The notes under the pieces: model-generated
What the model was told of the DNA's origin: nothing
Seen by the model: only the letters and a program-made list of their open reading frames with translations
Database searches by the model: none
Position numbers and translations under genes: made by a program
Shown here: positions 55,600 to 64,000 of the stretch, piece after piece
How positions within the stretch are numbered: the first letter of the stretch is position 1
How the letters are laid out: the number at the start of each line of letters is the position of its first letter
NCBI GenBank assembly: GCA_964349945.1
Contig: CAYGIH010000001.1
Coordinates: forward strand, 169,218-233,217
Length of the DNA: 64,000 nucleotides
Direction of reading: 5' to 3'
Source: an uncultured Candidatus Saccharibacteria bacterium
Lineage (GTDB): Bacteria > Patescibacteriota > Minisyncoccia > Phycocordibacterales > Zambryskibacteraceae

Positions 55600-56352
55600 A
55601 TGACTAATAATTCAGGTGAAAATCCAATTCTAAAGCTTGGTTCCTGTGAAGCGGGGCCAGTTTTGTATTTTTTTGGTGCCAGACACACAAATAATCCTGA
55701 TGATATTCAGTTTGTTCAATTAAAAAATTTTTGGGATGAGTTTCTAAATATATCTAGTAAGAATAATGCCGTTTTTGTTGAAGGAGTAATACATGAGGTA
55801 TCAAAGAATTATATTGACGCAATCAAACTGTATGGTGAGACAGGAGCAATTCAATGGTTGGCAAAAGAATCAAATATTCAAGTGTTACGTCCAGAACCAA
55901 ATGATGTAGAGCAACGAAAATATCTTTGCTCCTTATTTGATCCAAAAGTAGTTGCTTATTCATTAATTATTCAAAACCTTGGTGCTTGGTTTAGACACTC
56001 AAGGAATAATGGATTTAAAAATGCTATAGAGAATTCAGTAGATAGAGAAGTAAAATACAAAGATATCTACGAATTCATACCAAATAATGCCTGGTTCTTT
56101 AATCAACATAAGGAGATATTTGGTGAACAAAATTTAGAAGATAAAAACTTCCTTGATTCTGTTTCTGATCCTAGAAAAGGCATATCAATAGTAAATAGAG
56201 TTATATCTTCTAGAACAAAAATGCGCAATGAGTATATCCTAGTAGCAATTAGTGAAGCTTTAAAATTAAAGAAAAATATTTTTATAGTTTATGGTAGTGG
56301 TCACATTCCTGTTCTAGAAAACTCTTTACGCGAGTTATTTGATAGTAAATAG
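55600..56352 (+). CDS. TraB/GumN-family-like protein (putative hydrolase)
   Basis: LYFFGARH near the N-terminus and IFIVYGSGHIPV near the C-terminus resemble the GT.H / GxGH signatures of the TraB/GumN family. The start is taken at the inner ATG. Confidence 0.4.
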   Translation: MTNNSGENPILKLGSCEAGPVLYFFGARHTNNPDDIQFVQLKNFWDEFLNISSKNNAVFVEGVIHEVSKNYIDAIKLYGETGAIQWLAKESNIQVLRPEPNDVEQRKYLCSLFDPKVVAYSLIIQNLGAWFRHSRNNGFKNAIENSVDREVKYKDIYEFIPNNAWFFNQHKEIFGEQNLEDKNFLDSVSDPRKGISIVNRVISSRTKMRNEYILVAISEALKLKKNIFIVYGSGHIPVLENSLRELFDSK

Positions 56353-56396
56353 AATTAATTACCTTTTAACTATTTTCAATCTTTTCTGTCAAATGT

Positions 56397-56780
56397 TCAA
56401 ATAAACAAAACTAAAATAGGGGCTAGAAGCCAGAGAGAGTAGTTTAGTTCAGAGGCAAATATTTTATCCACTAATGGAGGTAGGTTGTATATAGGTTCTA
56501 AAGGTATGACATGATAAAGAATTGTCACCACTAAGCCAATAAGCGAAAGAGAGACTAGAACAGTTCGTAAAAATTGCATTACTCCATAACCTGCATCGAA
56601 TTCAATATGTTTTTGTAATACAAAAAAAATAAAAACTGCGAAGATCAGTAATATGGCAATATGATTCCAAAAAAGATTTTCGTTGCCCTTGGTGAGAGTG
56701 AGTGCTTTCACAAAGAAAACTTGTGTATATAAAAACGTCGCAAGATAAAATGAAAGGAGTAGAGCAACTAATTTATTCAT
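56397..56780 (-). CDS. small polytopic membrane protein of 127 aa
   Basis: The ORF has four hydrophobic helices. Confidence 0.35.
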   Translation of the reverse strand: MNKLVALLLSFYLATFLYTQVFFVKALTLTKGNENLFWNHIAILLIFAVFIFFVLQKHIEFDAGYGVMQFLRTVLVSLSLIGLVVTILYHVIPLEPIYNLPPLVDKIFASELNYSLWLLAPILVLFI

Positions 56781-56810
56781 TCAACTATTATATCCCAAAA
56801 AATAATTTTG

Positions 56811-58583
56811 CTATATCATCCCAGCTTTCTTTGCAAGTTTTTCTAATTTACTAATATCCTTCTCTATACTTTTTAAACCAATTTCGAAAAATTCAGGATT
56901 AGTGATATCTATACCAATACTTCTAAAAATATCTGTCGGACTCATTGATCTACCGGCAGACAAAAATTGCTCAATTTTCTTTGAATAACTTTTATCTTGT
57001 TGCCACTTCTCAAACAAGGCTCTGCTAATTAATTGGCCATAGGCGTATGTATAAACATAAAAAAACCTACGAATATGTGACCAATATACAAAAGCATATC
57101 CATCATCTGACGTTACTTCCATTGCATCTCCAACATAGGATTTTAGATGCTTAGTCATCAAGGAGGCTATTCCAGCTTTTGGTAACTCGCCTCTTTCTCT
57201 AATAGTATTATGAAGTTCAAGTTCAAAATTGAAACAGGCAATTTGTCTAAATATAGTAGAAATATCACCTAAAATTTTGTTGTGTAAAAGAATTATATTC
57301 TCATTTATAGATAATTGTTTTTCTACTTCAGCCACAGCAACATTTGCGAAAAAAGTACTAGCCACCTCAGCCGTTGCTGTAGAATAATGCGAATATCTAG
57401 GAGGTTGAGACTTGCTTAATTCAGTATGAATGGCATGACCCATTTCGTGGGCAAGTGTCTCAAGGGAACGAATATCGTCATTATGATTTAAAAGAATAAA
57501 TGTTGGATGCTTTGCTCTCCCCCAGCAATATCCACCTCCTTTCTTACCTTTTCTGGGGTAAACATCAATTTGCCTATTGTTAACAAATTCACTTAGCATA
57601 TTGGCAAACTTTGGATCAATTTTACTAAACGCATTCCTGACTAAAACCACAGACGAAGGGAAATCAAATTTTCTCTTTATTTCTCCAATCTTTACAGCAC
57701 GGTCTTCCATTTTAAGCTTCTTTTCCTTAAGGAGTTTTGAATGAAGTTTAAAGAATCTATGACTAATCTTGAAATTTTTTGTCACCAAATTAACTAAATT
57801 CATTACTGTCTTCTCATCATTCTCATGTCCAAGCACAGTTGAACTATATGGATGCTTAAATCCTCTTCGAATATCTAAAATTTTTTTATAATTATAAACA
57901 GCGTTTATTTCAGCTTCAGGAAAATCACTGTTTTCTATAAGCTTCTCGTTTATTTTTTTACTTAATACTCTGCGTTCTTTTAAAGGTAAATCCATTAATA
58001 TACCTAATGCTTTTGAAAGTGGTATTGATTTGCCCTTATGTACAATCATTTGTTGGCTTAGTACTTTATTGAACCCATCAACCCACATTGAATAGCTAGT
58101 TTGAGATAATAAATCTACCACCTGTTCCTCTCCTTCACTAAGATTATATTTCGCACTATTAAAGTTTCTTTGGAGAGAATATCGAAAGTCCATTAATGAA
58201 GTTTCCTTTAAATATGCTAATTGCTTTGATAAAGGTATTTTGCCCACAGTGAGACTAAAAAATGCTGTCTTATTCGTGGCATTGGTTATTCTTTGAGAAA
58301 ATTTTGTGGCGAATGAGTTTGCCTTCTCATCTTTAGAATTAATATCAGCACGAAGTGCCATGTACCACCATGGTTTACTTCCACTCATTTTCATTCTTAG
58401 TTCTTCTCTATCCTTTAGAGCGGTCAAAAGCTTTGAAGCAGAAGCAGTAAAATCCTTGTTCTTATATTTCTTTTCAAAAGCAGTACAGCTTTTTTCTATC
58501 AGTAATAGATCTTTTTCTATTTGTGGGTCATTCTCATTTTTATATAGAAGGCCTAAATTCCATGTTGTTTGCTTTTGGTTCAT
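56811..58583 (-). CDS. pepF: oligoendopeptidase F (M3 family)
   Basis: HEMGHAIH zinc motif, and length. Confidence 0.85.
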   Translation of the reverse strand: MNQKQTTWNLGLLYKNENDPQIEKDLLLIEKSCTAFEKKYKNKDFTASASKLLTALKDREELRMKMSGSKPWWYMALRADINSKDEKANSFATKFSQRITNATNKTAFFSLTVGKIPLSKQLAYLKETSLMDFRYSLQRNFNSAKYNLSEGEEQVVDLLSQTSYSMWVDGFNKVLSQQMIVHKGKSIPLSKALGILMDLPLKERRVLSKKINEKLIENSDFPEAEINAVYNYKKILDIRRGFKHPYSSTVLGHENDEKTVMNLVNLVTKNFKISHRFFKLHSKLLKEKKLKMEDRAVKIGEIKRKFDFPSSVVLVRNAFSKIDPKFANMLSEFVNNRQIDVYPRKGKKGGGYCWGRAKHPTFILLNHNDDIRSLETLAHEMGHAIHTELSKSQPPRYSHYSTATAEVASTFFANVAVAEVEKQLSINENIILLHNKILGDISTIFRQIACFNFELELHNTIRERGELPKAGIASLMTKHLKSYVGDAMEVTSDDGYAFVYWSHIRRFFYVYTYAYGQLISRALFEKWQQDKSYSKKIEQFLSAGRSMSPTDIFRSIGIDITNPEFFEIGLKSIEKDISKLEKLAKKAGMI

Positions 58584-58592
58584 GGTGATGAA

Positions 58593-59459
58593 TTATATCC
58601 CCTCTTTCTTTAATTCTTCAACTAATTTCTTTTGTTCCTTAGATAATTTTTCTGGAATGTTTACTTTTATACGAACATAAAAATCACCACGGCGATTGAC
58701 CGAGTGTGGGACACCCTTACCATTCACACGGAGAATGGTGCCCGTATTTGTGCCGTTAGGAACCTTGAGTTCTATTCGTCCATCTAGTGTATCTAGAGTC
58801 TTTGTAGCCCCTAATAAAGCGTCTGTAAGGCTTATAGTGGTGTCCATAATGAGGTTATAGCCCTCTTTTCTTATATGTGGGTGCTTTTGGACAAATATTC
58901 TAATAAAAAGGTTGCCTGGGTTTCCACCTTCAATAGTTTCTCCGTAGCCCGGCATTTTTATCATTTGACCGTTTTCTATACCCGCAGGTATTTGAATGGT
59001 GACTTCCTTCTCTTTAACTGCCTTACTGTTTATAGAAATCTTTCTGGTGATACCAAAAATTGAATCATGAAAATTAATTTCTATATCTACCTGCACATCT
59101 CTGCCTCTCTTCACTCTTCTACCACCAAAGATAGATGAGAGTATGTCTTCGATGTTGCCATTATCAAATCCTCCAGCATTTCCAAAACCAGAGAAATCAA
59201 AACCAAAATCATTTGGATTAAATCCTCCTTGGAATCCTCCGCCCATGTTTGGACCAGTCGAACCGAATTGATCATACTGGGCCCGTTTATTCTTATCAGA
59301 TAAAACACTGTACGCCCCACTTACCTCTTTGAACTTGGCTTCATTGCCACCCTTTTTGTCTGGATGATGCTCATGAGCAAGCTTTCTAAAAGCTTTTTTT
59401 ATTTCTTCTTCACTCGCATTCTTAGAGACTCCTAAAATTTTGTAGTAATCCTTTGACAT
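58593..59459 (-). CDS. dnaJ: DnaJ-class co-chaperone, type II, with no Cys-rich zinc finger
   Basis: A J-domain with HPD (YYKILGV...HHPDK), a G/F-rich region and C-terminal CTD I/II. No CxxCxGxG repeats. Confidence 0.8.
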   Translation of the reverse strand: MSKDYYKILGVSKNASEEEIKKAFRKLAHEHHPDKKGGNEAKFKEVSGAYSVLSDKNKRAQYDQFGSTGPNMGGGFQGGFNPNDFGFDFSGFGNAGGFDNGNIEDILSSIFGGRRVKRGRDVQVDIEINFHDSIFGITRKISINSKAVKEKEVTIQIPAGIENGQMIKMPGYGETIEGGNPGNLFIRIFVQKHPHIRKEGYNLIMDTTISLTDALLGATKTLDTLDGRIELKVPNGTNTGTILRVNGKGVPHSVNRRGDFYVRIKVNIPEKLSKEQKKLVEELKKEGI

Positions 59460-59484
59460 AGTTTATAGCTTACTAGCTTTTTAG

Positions 59485-61383
59485 CTAATTAGCTTTTGGT
59501 TCAGAGTTGTCTCCTTCTTTGAATTCAGCGTCTTTTACCTCACCTTCTGGTTTTGGCTCTGTTTGTGCAGGTTGCTCGGCTTGAGCCTTTTGCATTGCTT
59601 CTCCTATCTTTTGCATTTCAGTTGAAAGAGCCTCTGTAGCTGATTTGATAGATTCTATTGTGCCTGAATCTTTTTCTTTCTTTAAGGAATCTATTTTTGC
59701 TTGGACACTGGATTTTATTTCTTCACTTACACTAGCTCCATTGTCTTTCAAAGCTTTCTCCGCAGTGTAGACTAGTTGTTCTGCAAGGTTCTTTGCATCC
59801 ACTAAATCTTTTTTCTTCTGGTCCTCACTCGCATTAGCTTCTGCATCTTTCTGCATTCGTTCAATGTCTGTCTTAGAAAGTCCAGAAGATGCTTCAATTC
59901 TTATAGATTGTTCTTTGCCAGTAGTTTTATCTTTGGCTTTGACACTAAGGATACCATTAGCATCCACATCAAACGACACTTCGATTTGAGGCATACCACG
60001 AGGGGCCGGAGGTATTCCATCCAATATGAAGCGTCCAAGAGATTTATTGTCTCCCGCCATCGCTCTCTCTCCTTGGACAATATGAATCTCTACAGAAGTC
60101 TGATTATCTGCGGCAGTGGAGAATGTCTGTGATTTAGTTGAAGGAATAGTTGTATTTCTCTCTATGAGTTTAGTAGCTACACCCCCCATAGTCTCTATTC
60201 CTAGTGAGAGAGGGATGACATCAAGGAGAAGTACATCCTTCACATCACCTGCAAGTATTCCTCCTTGGATGGCAGCCCCGAGTGCCACCACTTCATCTGG
60301 GTTAATAGATTTATTAGGTTCCTTGTTGAAAAATTTCTTCACTGCATCGCTTATGGCTGGCATTCTGGTTTGTCCTCCCACTAGGATTATTTCTGCAATC
60401 TCATCTATTTTGAAGGGTGAAGCTTCCATGGCTCTCTTAGTAATGGTCATGGCTCTATCTATAAACTCAGCAGTAAGTTCCTCGAGTTTTGCACGAGTCA
60501 TTTTTAATAGGAGATGTTTTGGACCACTAGCATCAGAAGTTATGAATGGGATATTAATTTCCGTTTCTATTGCAGTAGAAAGTTCGATCTTGGCTTTTTC
60601 CGCGGCTTCATCCAATCGTTGTAGAGCCAGCGCATCAGAACGTACATCTATACCAGATTCTTTTTTGTATTCCTCGGCTATCCAAGCAATAATCTTTTGA
60701 TCGATATCTTTACCACCTAGATGTGAATCTCCATCTGTAGATTTTACTTCTACTACATCATCACCAACCTCGAGGACAGATACATCAAAAGTTCCTCCAC
60801 CGAAGTCAAAGACTACTATCTTCTCATTTTTCTTTTTATCGAACCCATAAGCTAAAGCAGCTGCTGTAGGCTCATTTATAATACGCATCACTTCGAGGCC
60901 GGCAATTTGCCCAGCATCTTTGGTGGCTTTTCTTTGAGCATCATTAAAATATGCAGGGACAGTGATAACTGCCTGAGTAATTTTTTCTCCGAGTTTTGCT
61001 TCTGCATCTACCTTCAACTTCTGAAGAATCATTGCTGAAATTTCTTCTGGACGTTGGTCCTTTTCACCAAGATGAACAATAACTCCTCCATCAGTAGAAT
61101 TTTTTACCTCGAATGGCACAACCGCTTTATCTTTTTGAACCGCAGGATCAGAAAATGTATGACCGATAAATCGCTTAATACCAAAGATAGTGTTCTTTGG
61201 ATTGGTGACAGCTTGCCTTTTAGCCAAAAGACCAACCAGTCTTTCGCCGGTTTTAGAAATAGCCACTATAGAAGGAGTGGTTCGTACACCCTCTGCGTTT
61301 TCAATAATTTTTGGACTGCCAACTTCCATGACTGCGACGGCAGAATTTGTTGTTCCCAAATCTATCCCAATGATTTTTGCCAT
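59485..61383 (-). CDS. dnaK: chaperone DnaK (Hsp70)
   Basis: [24 protein letters not shown], and full length. Confidence 0.95.
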   Translation of the reverse strand: MAKIIGIDLGTTNSAVAVMEVGSPKIIENAEGVRTTPSIVAISKTGERLVGLLAKRQAVTNPKNTIFGIKRFIGHTFSDPAVQKDKAVVPFEVKNSTDGGVIVHLGEKDQRPEEISAMILQKLKVDAEAKLGEKITQAVITVPAYFNDAQRKATKDAGQIAGLEVMRIINEPTAAALAYGFDKKKNEKIVVFDFGGGTFDVSVLEVGDDVVEVKSTDGDSHLGGKDIDQKIIAWIAEEYKKESGIDVRSDALALQRLDEAAEKAKIELSTAIETEINIPFITSDASGPKHLLLKMTRAKLEELTAEFIDRAMTITKRAMEASPFKIDEIAEIILVGGQTRMPAISDAVKKFFNKEPNKSINPDEVVALGAAIQGGILAGDVKDVLLLDVIPLSLGIETMGGVATKLIERNTTIPSTKSQTFSTAADNQTSVEIHIVQGERAMAGDNKSLGRFILDGIPPAPRGMPQIEVSFDVDANGILSVKAKDKTTGKEQSIRIEASSGLSKTDIERMQKDAEANASEDQKKKDLVDAKNLAEQLVYTAEKALKDNGASVSEEIKSSVQAKIDSLKKEKDSGTIESIKSATEALSTEMQKIGEAMQKAQAEQPAQTEPKPEGEVKDAEFKEGDNSEPKAN

Positions 61384-61450
61384 ATTGTTTTGCAGTTAAA
61401 TTACTAATTGAGGCTTTATTATAAGGGAATTTTAGCTATTGTCAATAAAT

Positions 61451-61981
61451 TTACTCCTTGTATTCCCCTACTATTACCTTAGCTGGTCTTAAAATTCTCT
61501 CCCCTAACTTATAACCATTTTGAAGTACTTCTAGTACCTTATGGTCATCACTTTTCTCATTAGTTTGTCGCATACTTATAGCCTCACACACATTTGGATT
61601 AAATACTTCGTTTATTGGATTTACTTCTTCCAAACCATTTTGTTTAAGAATCTGTAAAAGTTGGTTCGAAATTGGTTCTACTTCTTTATGACCATGAGTC
61701 AGAGCGTGGTTGAAGCTATCCAGTACAGGAATAATTTGTGAAAGAATGTCAGATTTTGCAAATTTAATGAATTCAATTTTTGCTTCCTCGTCTCTCTTTC
61801 TTAGATTCACAAAATCAGCCTGAGCTCTTTGCCATCCATCTAAATTTTCTTTGGCTTTAGACTCCGCTTCTTTAAGTTTACTTCTTAACTTCTTTATAGT
61901 GTCTCCCTGAGCTTCTTCGGATAAGACAGAATCATCAATTCCTTCCTCTGTATCTAAAATTACATCCTGTTCGTCGTTCAT
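61451..61981 (-). CDS. grpE: nucleotide exchange factor GrpE
   Basis: A coiled-coil followed by a beta-domain, and its operon position. Confidence 0.85.
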   Translation of the reverse strand: MNDEQDVILDTEEGIDDSVLSEEAQGDTIKKLRSKLKEAESKAKENLDGWQRAQADFVNLRKRDEEAKIEFIKFAKSDILSQIIPVLDSFNHALTHGHKEVEPISNQLLQILKQNGLEEVNPINEVFNPNVCEAISMRQTNEKSDDHKVLEVLQNGYKLGERILRPAKVIVGEYKE

Positions 61982-62002
61982 AGACTTAAAGAATATATTA
62001 AA

Positions 62003-62413
62003 TTAACGCTTGCTCCACTGTGGTGCCTTTCGGGCTTTCTTCAATCCGAACTTACGTCGTTCTTTTGCTCTAGGATCTCTCTTTAAGAAGCCCTTCACCT
62101 TAAGCTTAGTTCTTAGGTTTACATCATATCCAAGGAGTGCGCGAGCGATACCATGTCTAAGAGCATCAGCTTGGGAGGAAACTCCACCTCCTTTGATTTG
62201 GGCTGTGACAGCAAATTTTTGTTCAAGGCCTGAAGCGATAAATGCTGACTTTACTGTTTGTCTTAGTTCTGCAGTAGGAAAATAATTTTCGAATTCTCTA
62301 TCGTTTATAGTGATAGAAAATTTGGATGCAGGAGTAATGCGAACACGAGCAGTAGAGGTCTTTCTTCGTCCAACAGCACCAATATATTTCTCTGAATTCT
62401 TTACTGCAGTCAT
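62003..62413 (-). CDS. rpsI: 30S ribosomal protein S9
   Basis: A C-terminal ...RKFGLKKARKAPQWSKR. Confidence 0.9.
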   Translation of the reverse strand: MTAVKNSEKYIGAVGRRKTSTARVRITPASKFSITINDREFENYFPTAELRQTVKSAFIASGLEQKFAVTAQIKGGGVSSQADALRHGIARALLGYDVNLRTKLKVKGFLKRDPRAKERRKFGLKKARKAPQWSKR

Positions 62414-62414
62414 A

Positions 62415-62759
62415 TTATTCTTTAATGGTTAAGTTAATCATCATCTTCTGTCGAAGTTTATTTTTGGGAAGCATTCCAAGTACTGCCATTCTCAAAACCT
62501 CCTTACCTCCTTTAGAAGCAATCATTTTCTCCATAGACTGGAGTTTGAGTCCTCCTGGGTAACCTGAATGAGTGGCGTATTTCTTGTCTATAAGTTTCTT
62601 TGAATTAAAACTCATTTTACCAGCATTAATTACCTCAATTTTTACTGGAGCAATAGTATTTTTAGAAAAATCAGTTCTGTTCTTACCCATAAGCAAGACA
62701 GCAAGCTCAGTAGCAAGTCGTCCGGGCTTTTTGTCTGTGGCGTCGATTGTGTGTTTCAT
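62415..62759 (-). CDS. rplM: 50S ribosomal protein L13 (short)
   Basis: Operon position upstream of rpsI and an L13-like sequence. Confidence 0.8.
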   Translation of the reverse strand: MKHTIDATDKKPGRLATELAVLLMGKNRTDFSKNTIAPVKIEVINAGKMSFNSKKLIDKKYATHSGYPGGLKLQSMEKMIASKGGKEVLRMAVLGMLPKNKLRQKMMINLTIKE

Positions 62760-62760
62760 T

Positions 62761-63111
62761 TTATTTTACAAATTCTATAATTGCCATTTTTGCTCCATCG
62801 GATTGTCGAGCAATCATTTTGGTGATACGAGTATAACCACCATTTCTTTTCATATATTCAGGAGAAAGAATCGTAGCAATTCTCTTAGCTGCAATTTTAC
62901 CAACTCTAGATTCAAGTTCTCGTCTTGAAGCGAGAGTTTGCTTTTTTCCTAGAGTAATGAGCTTTTCTACAAAAGGGCGAATTTCCTTGGCTTTAGGCTC
63001 GGTGGTCTTAATTTTACCCTTAACCACAAGTGAGTAGGCCAAAGACTTTAAAAGAGCTTTTCTCTGGGACTGTTCTCTGCCGAATTTTCTGTTTACGTTA
63101 CCGTGTCGCAT
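62761..63111 (-). CDS. rplQ: 50S ribosomal protein L17
   Basis: MRHGNVNRKFGR... Confidence 0.9.
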   Translation of the reverse strand: MRHGNVNRKFGREQSQRKALLKSLAYSLVVKGKIKTTEPKAKEIRPFVEKLITLGKKQTLASRRELESRVGKIAAKRIATILSPEYMKRNGGYTRITKMIARQSDGAKMAIIEFVK

Positions 63112-63125
63112 GGATGTATACCTTA

Positions 63126-64000
63126 CTAGTTTTTGAGCGTAATGCCAAATTCCCCTAGGGCCTTACGAATCTCATTAATACCCTTAGAGCCTAAACCGTC
63201 TATTTCTAATAGATCTTTCTCCTTTTTTCGTGCGAGTCCACCTACGGTTCTAATGTTTGCTTGTGCAAGTGCGTTTTGGGTTCTGGCAGACATATCCAGA
63301 GTTTCAACCCTGGTTTTTAGAACCTCAGGATCTACACTTGATGAAGAATGAGTGGTTGTTGGTGCTTCTGAATGCTCTTCGACAACAGGTGCCTCTTCTT
63401 TAAACCCGACAACAGCCTTCAGTTGATTAATCATTATCTCAATAGAACGAGTAAGGGCGTCTTTTGGAGAAATAGTACCATCAGTCTCAATAAATAATTT
63501 AAGCTTATTGAAGTCTGTCCTGTCGCCTATGCGCATGTTTTCAACCTCGTAGCTGGCTCGTCGAATAGGAGTAAAGATGCCATCTAATGAAATAGAGCCA
63601 ATATCAACTCGATTCTTTTCAAGAACTTCCTTGGCCACAAATCCAAGACCTTTTTCGGCGGTAATCTCCATTTCTAACTCTCCAGATTTACTTGTGACTG
63701 TAGCAATAATTTGATCAGGATTAAGAATTTCTACCTGACCGGGAACATCTAAATCTGCAGCGGTTACAACCTTCTCACCTTTTACTTTTAGGGTCATGGT
63801 CTGGGGTTCATCTGTTGAAAATCTCATCCTTACCTTCTTTAAGTTTAGAAGAATCGTTATAACATCTTCTTTTACACCATCCATTACTGAGAATTCATGA
63901 CTTATTCCCTTAATTTTCACTGATGTAATTGCTATACCAGGCAGAGAAGAGAGGATAATTCGTCTAAGACTATTACCTAAAGTATGACCATATCCTGGAT
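63126..64000 (-). CDS. rpoA: DNA-directed RNA polymerase alpha subunit; the 5' end lies outside the window
   Basis: The frame stays open upstream of the track's GTG start. It encodes ...PGYGHTLGNSLRRIILSSLPGIAITSVKIKGISHEF, which matches the rpoA N-terminal domain. The C-terminal HhH region is present. Confidence 0.9.
   Translation of the reverse strand, partial: PGYGHTLGNSLRRIILSSLPGIAITSVKIKGISHEFSVMDGVKEDVITILLNLKKVRMRFSTDEPQTMTLKVKGEKVVTAADLDVPGQVEILNPDQIIATVTSKSGELEMEITAEKGLGFVAKEVLEKNRVDIGSISLDGIFTPIRRASYEVENMRIGDRTDFNKLKLFIETDGTISPKDALTRSIEIMINQLKAVVGFKEEAPVVEEHSEAPTTTHSSSSVDPEVLKTRVETLDMSARTQNALAQANIRTVGGLARKKEKDLLEIDGLGSKGINEIRKALGEFGITLKN

Noticed and set aside
60116-60700. A 194-aa + ORF, along with other ORFs, antisense within dnaK, dnaB, asnB and similar genes
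   Set aside because: It is embedded antisense in highly conserved genes, is Ser-rich and low-complexity, and has no signals.
1-64000. CRISPR arrays, rRNA genes, IS elements and integrases
   Set aside because: No direct-repeat/spacer periodicity, no rRNA-like conserved blocks, and no transposase or integrase motifs were seen anywhere in the window.

Overview
This is an AT-rich, gene-dense bacterial fragment of about 35% GC by eye, with many overlapping or abutting genes. It is typical of a small streamlined genome and may be CPR/Patescibacteria-like, though that is inferred from gene content. The backbone is housekeeping. It carries an RseP C-terminus and proS-mreBCD-mrdA-greA-lysS, followed by the first half of a dcw cluster (mraZ-rsmH-ftsL-ftsI plus a degenerate Mur-ligase). 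Further along are rmuC, rplU, recR, dnaB, cysS, ctpA, rplI/rpmA and a MacB-type ABC efflux trio. On the minus strand is a block containing an M23 peptidase, gltX, the other dcw half (mraY-asnB-murG-ftsW), dacA, scpBA, aspS, trpS and a histidine kinase, then pepF, dnaJ-dnaK-grpE, rpsI-rplM-rplQ and rpoA (running off the window). There is one tRNA-Glu(CUC). No CRISPR, rRNA, transposase or integrase was recognised. Interspersed in the backbone are several visibly GC-richer cassettes, each carrying its own near-consensus sigma70 promoter and an intrinsic terminator. The most interesting is a radical-SAM/SPASM maturase followed by a strong RBS and a 72-aa acidic peptide with nine Y-x-D/E triplets. 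This is a candidate new RiPP locus, sitting beside two minimal SET-domain methyltransferase genes. The second is a mosaic GC-rich island at 32.5-36.9 kb. It holds an SLT-like gene, a umuDC-like pair, two promoter-to-terminator structured small-RNA units of about 140-170 nt whose ends pair, and a convergent 39-aa hydrophobic peptide gene. That arrangement resembles a type I toxin-antitoxin system. Other features are an orphan VirD4/TraG-like ATPase, an orphan ClpP-like peptidase, a GC-rich lipoprotein cassette, and a pair of distant membrane-protein paralogs in different compositional contexts.
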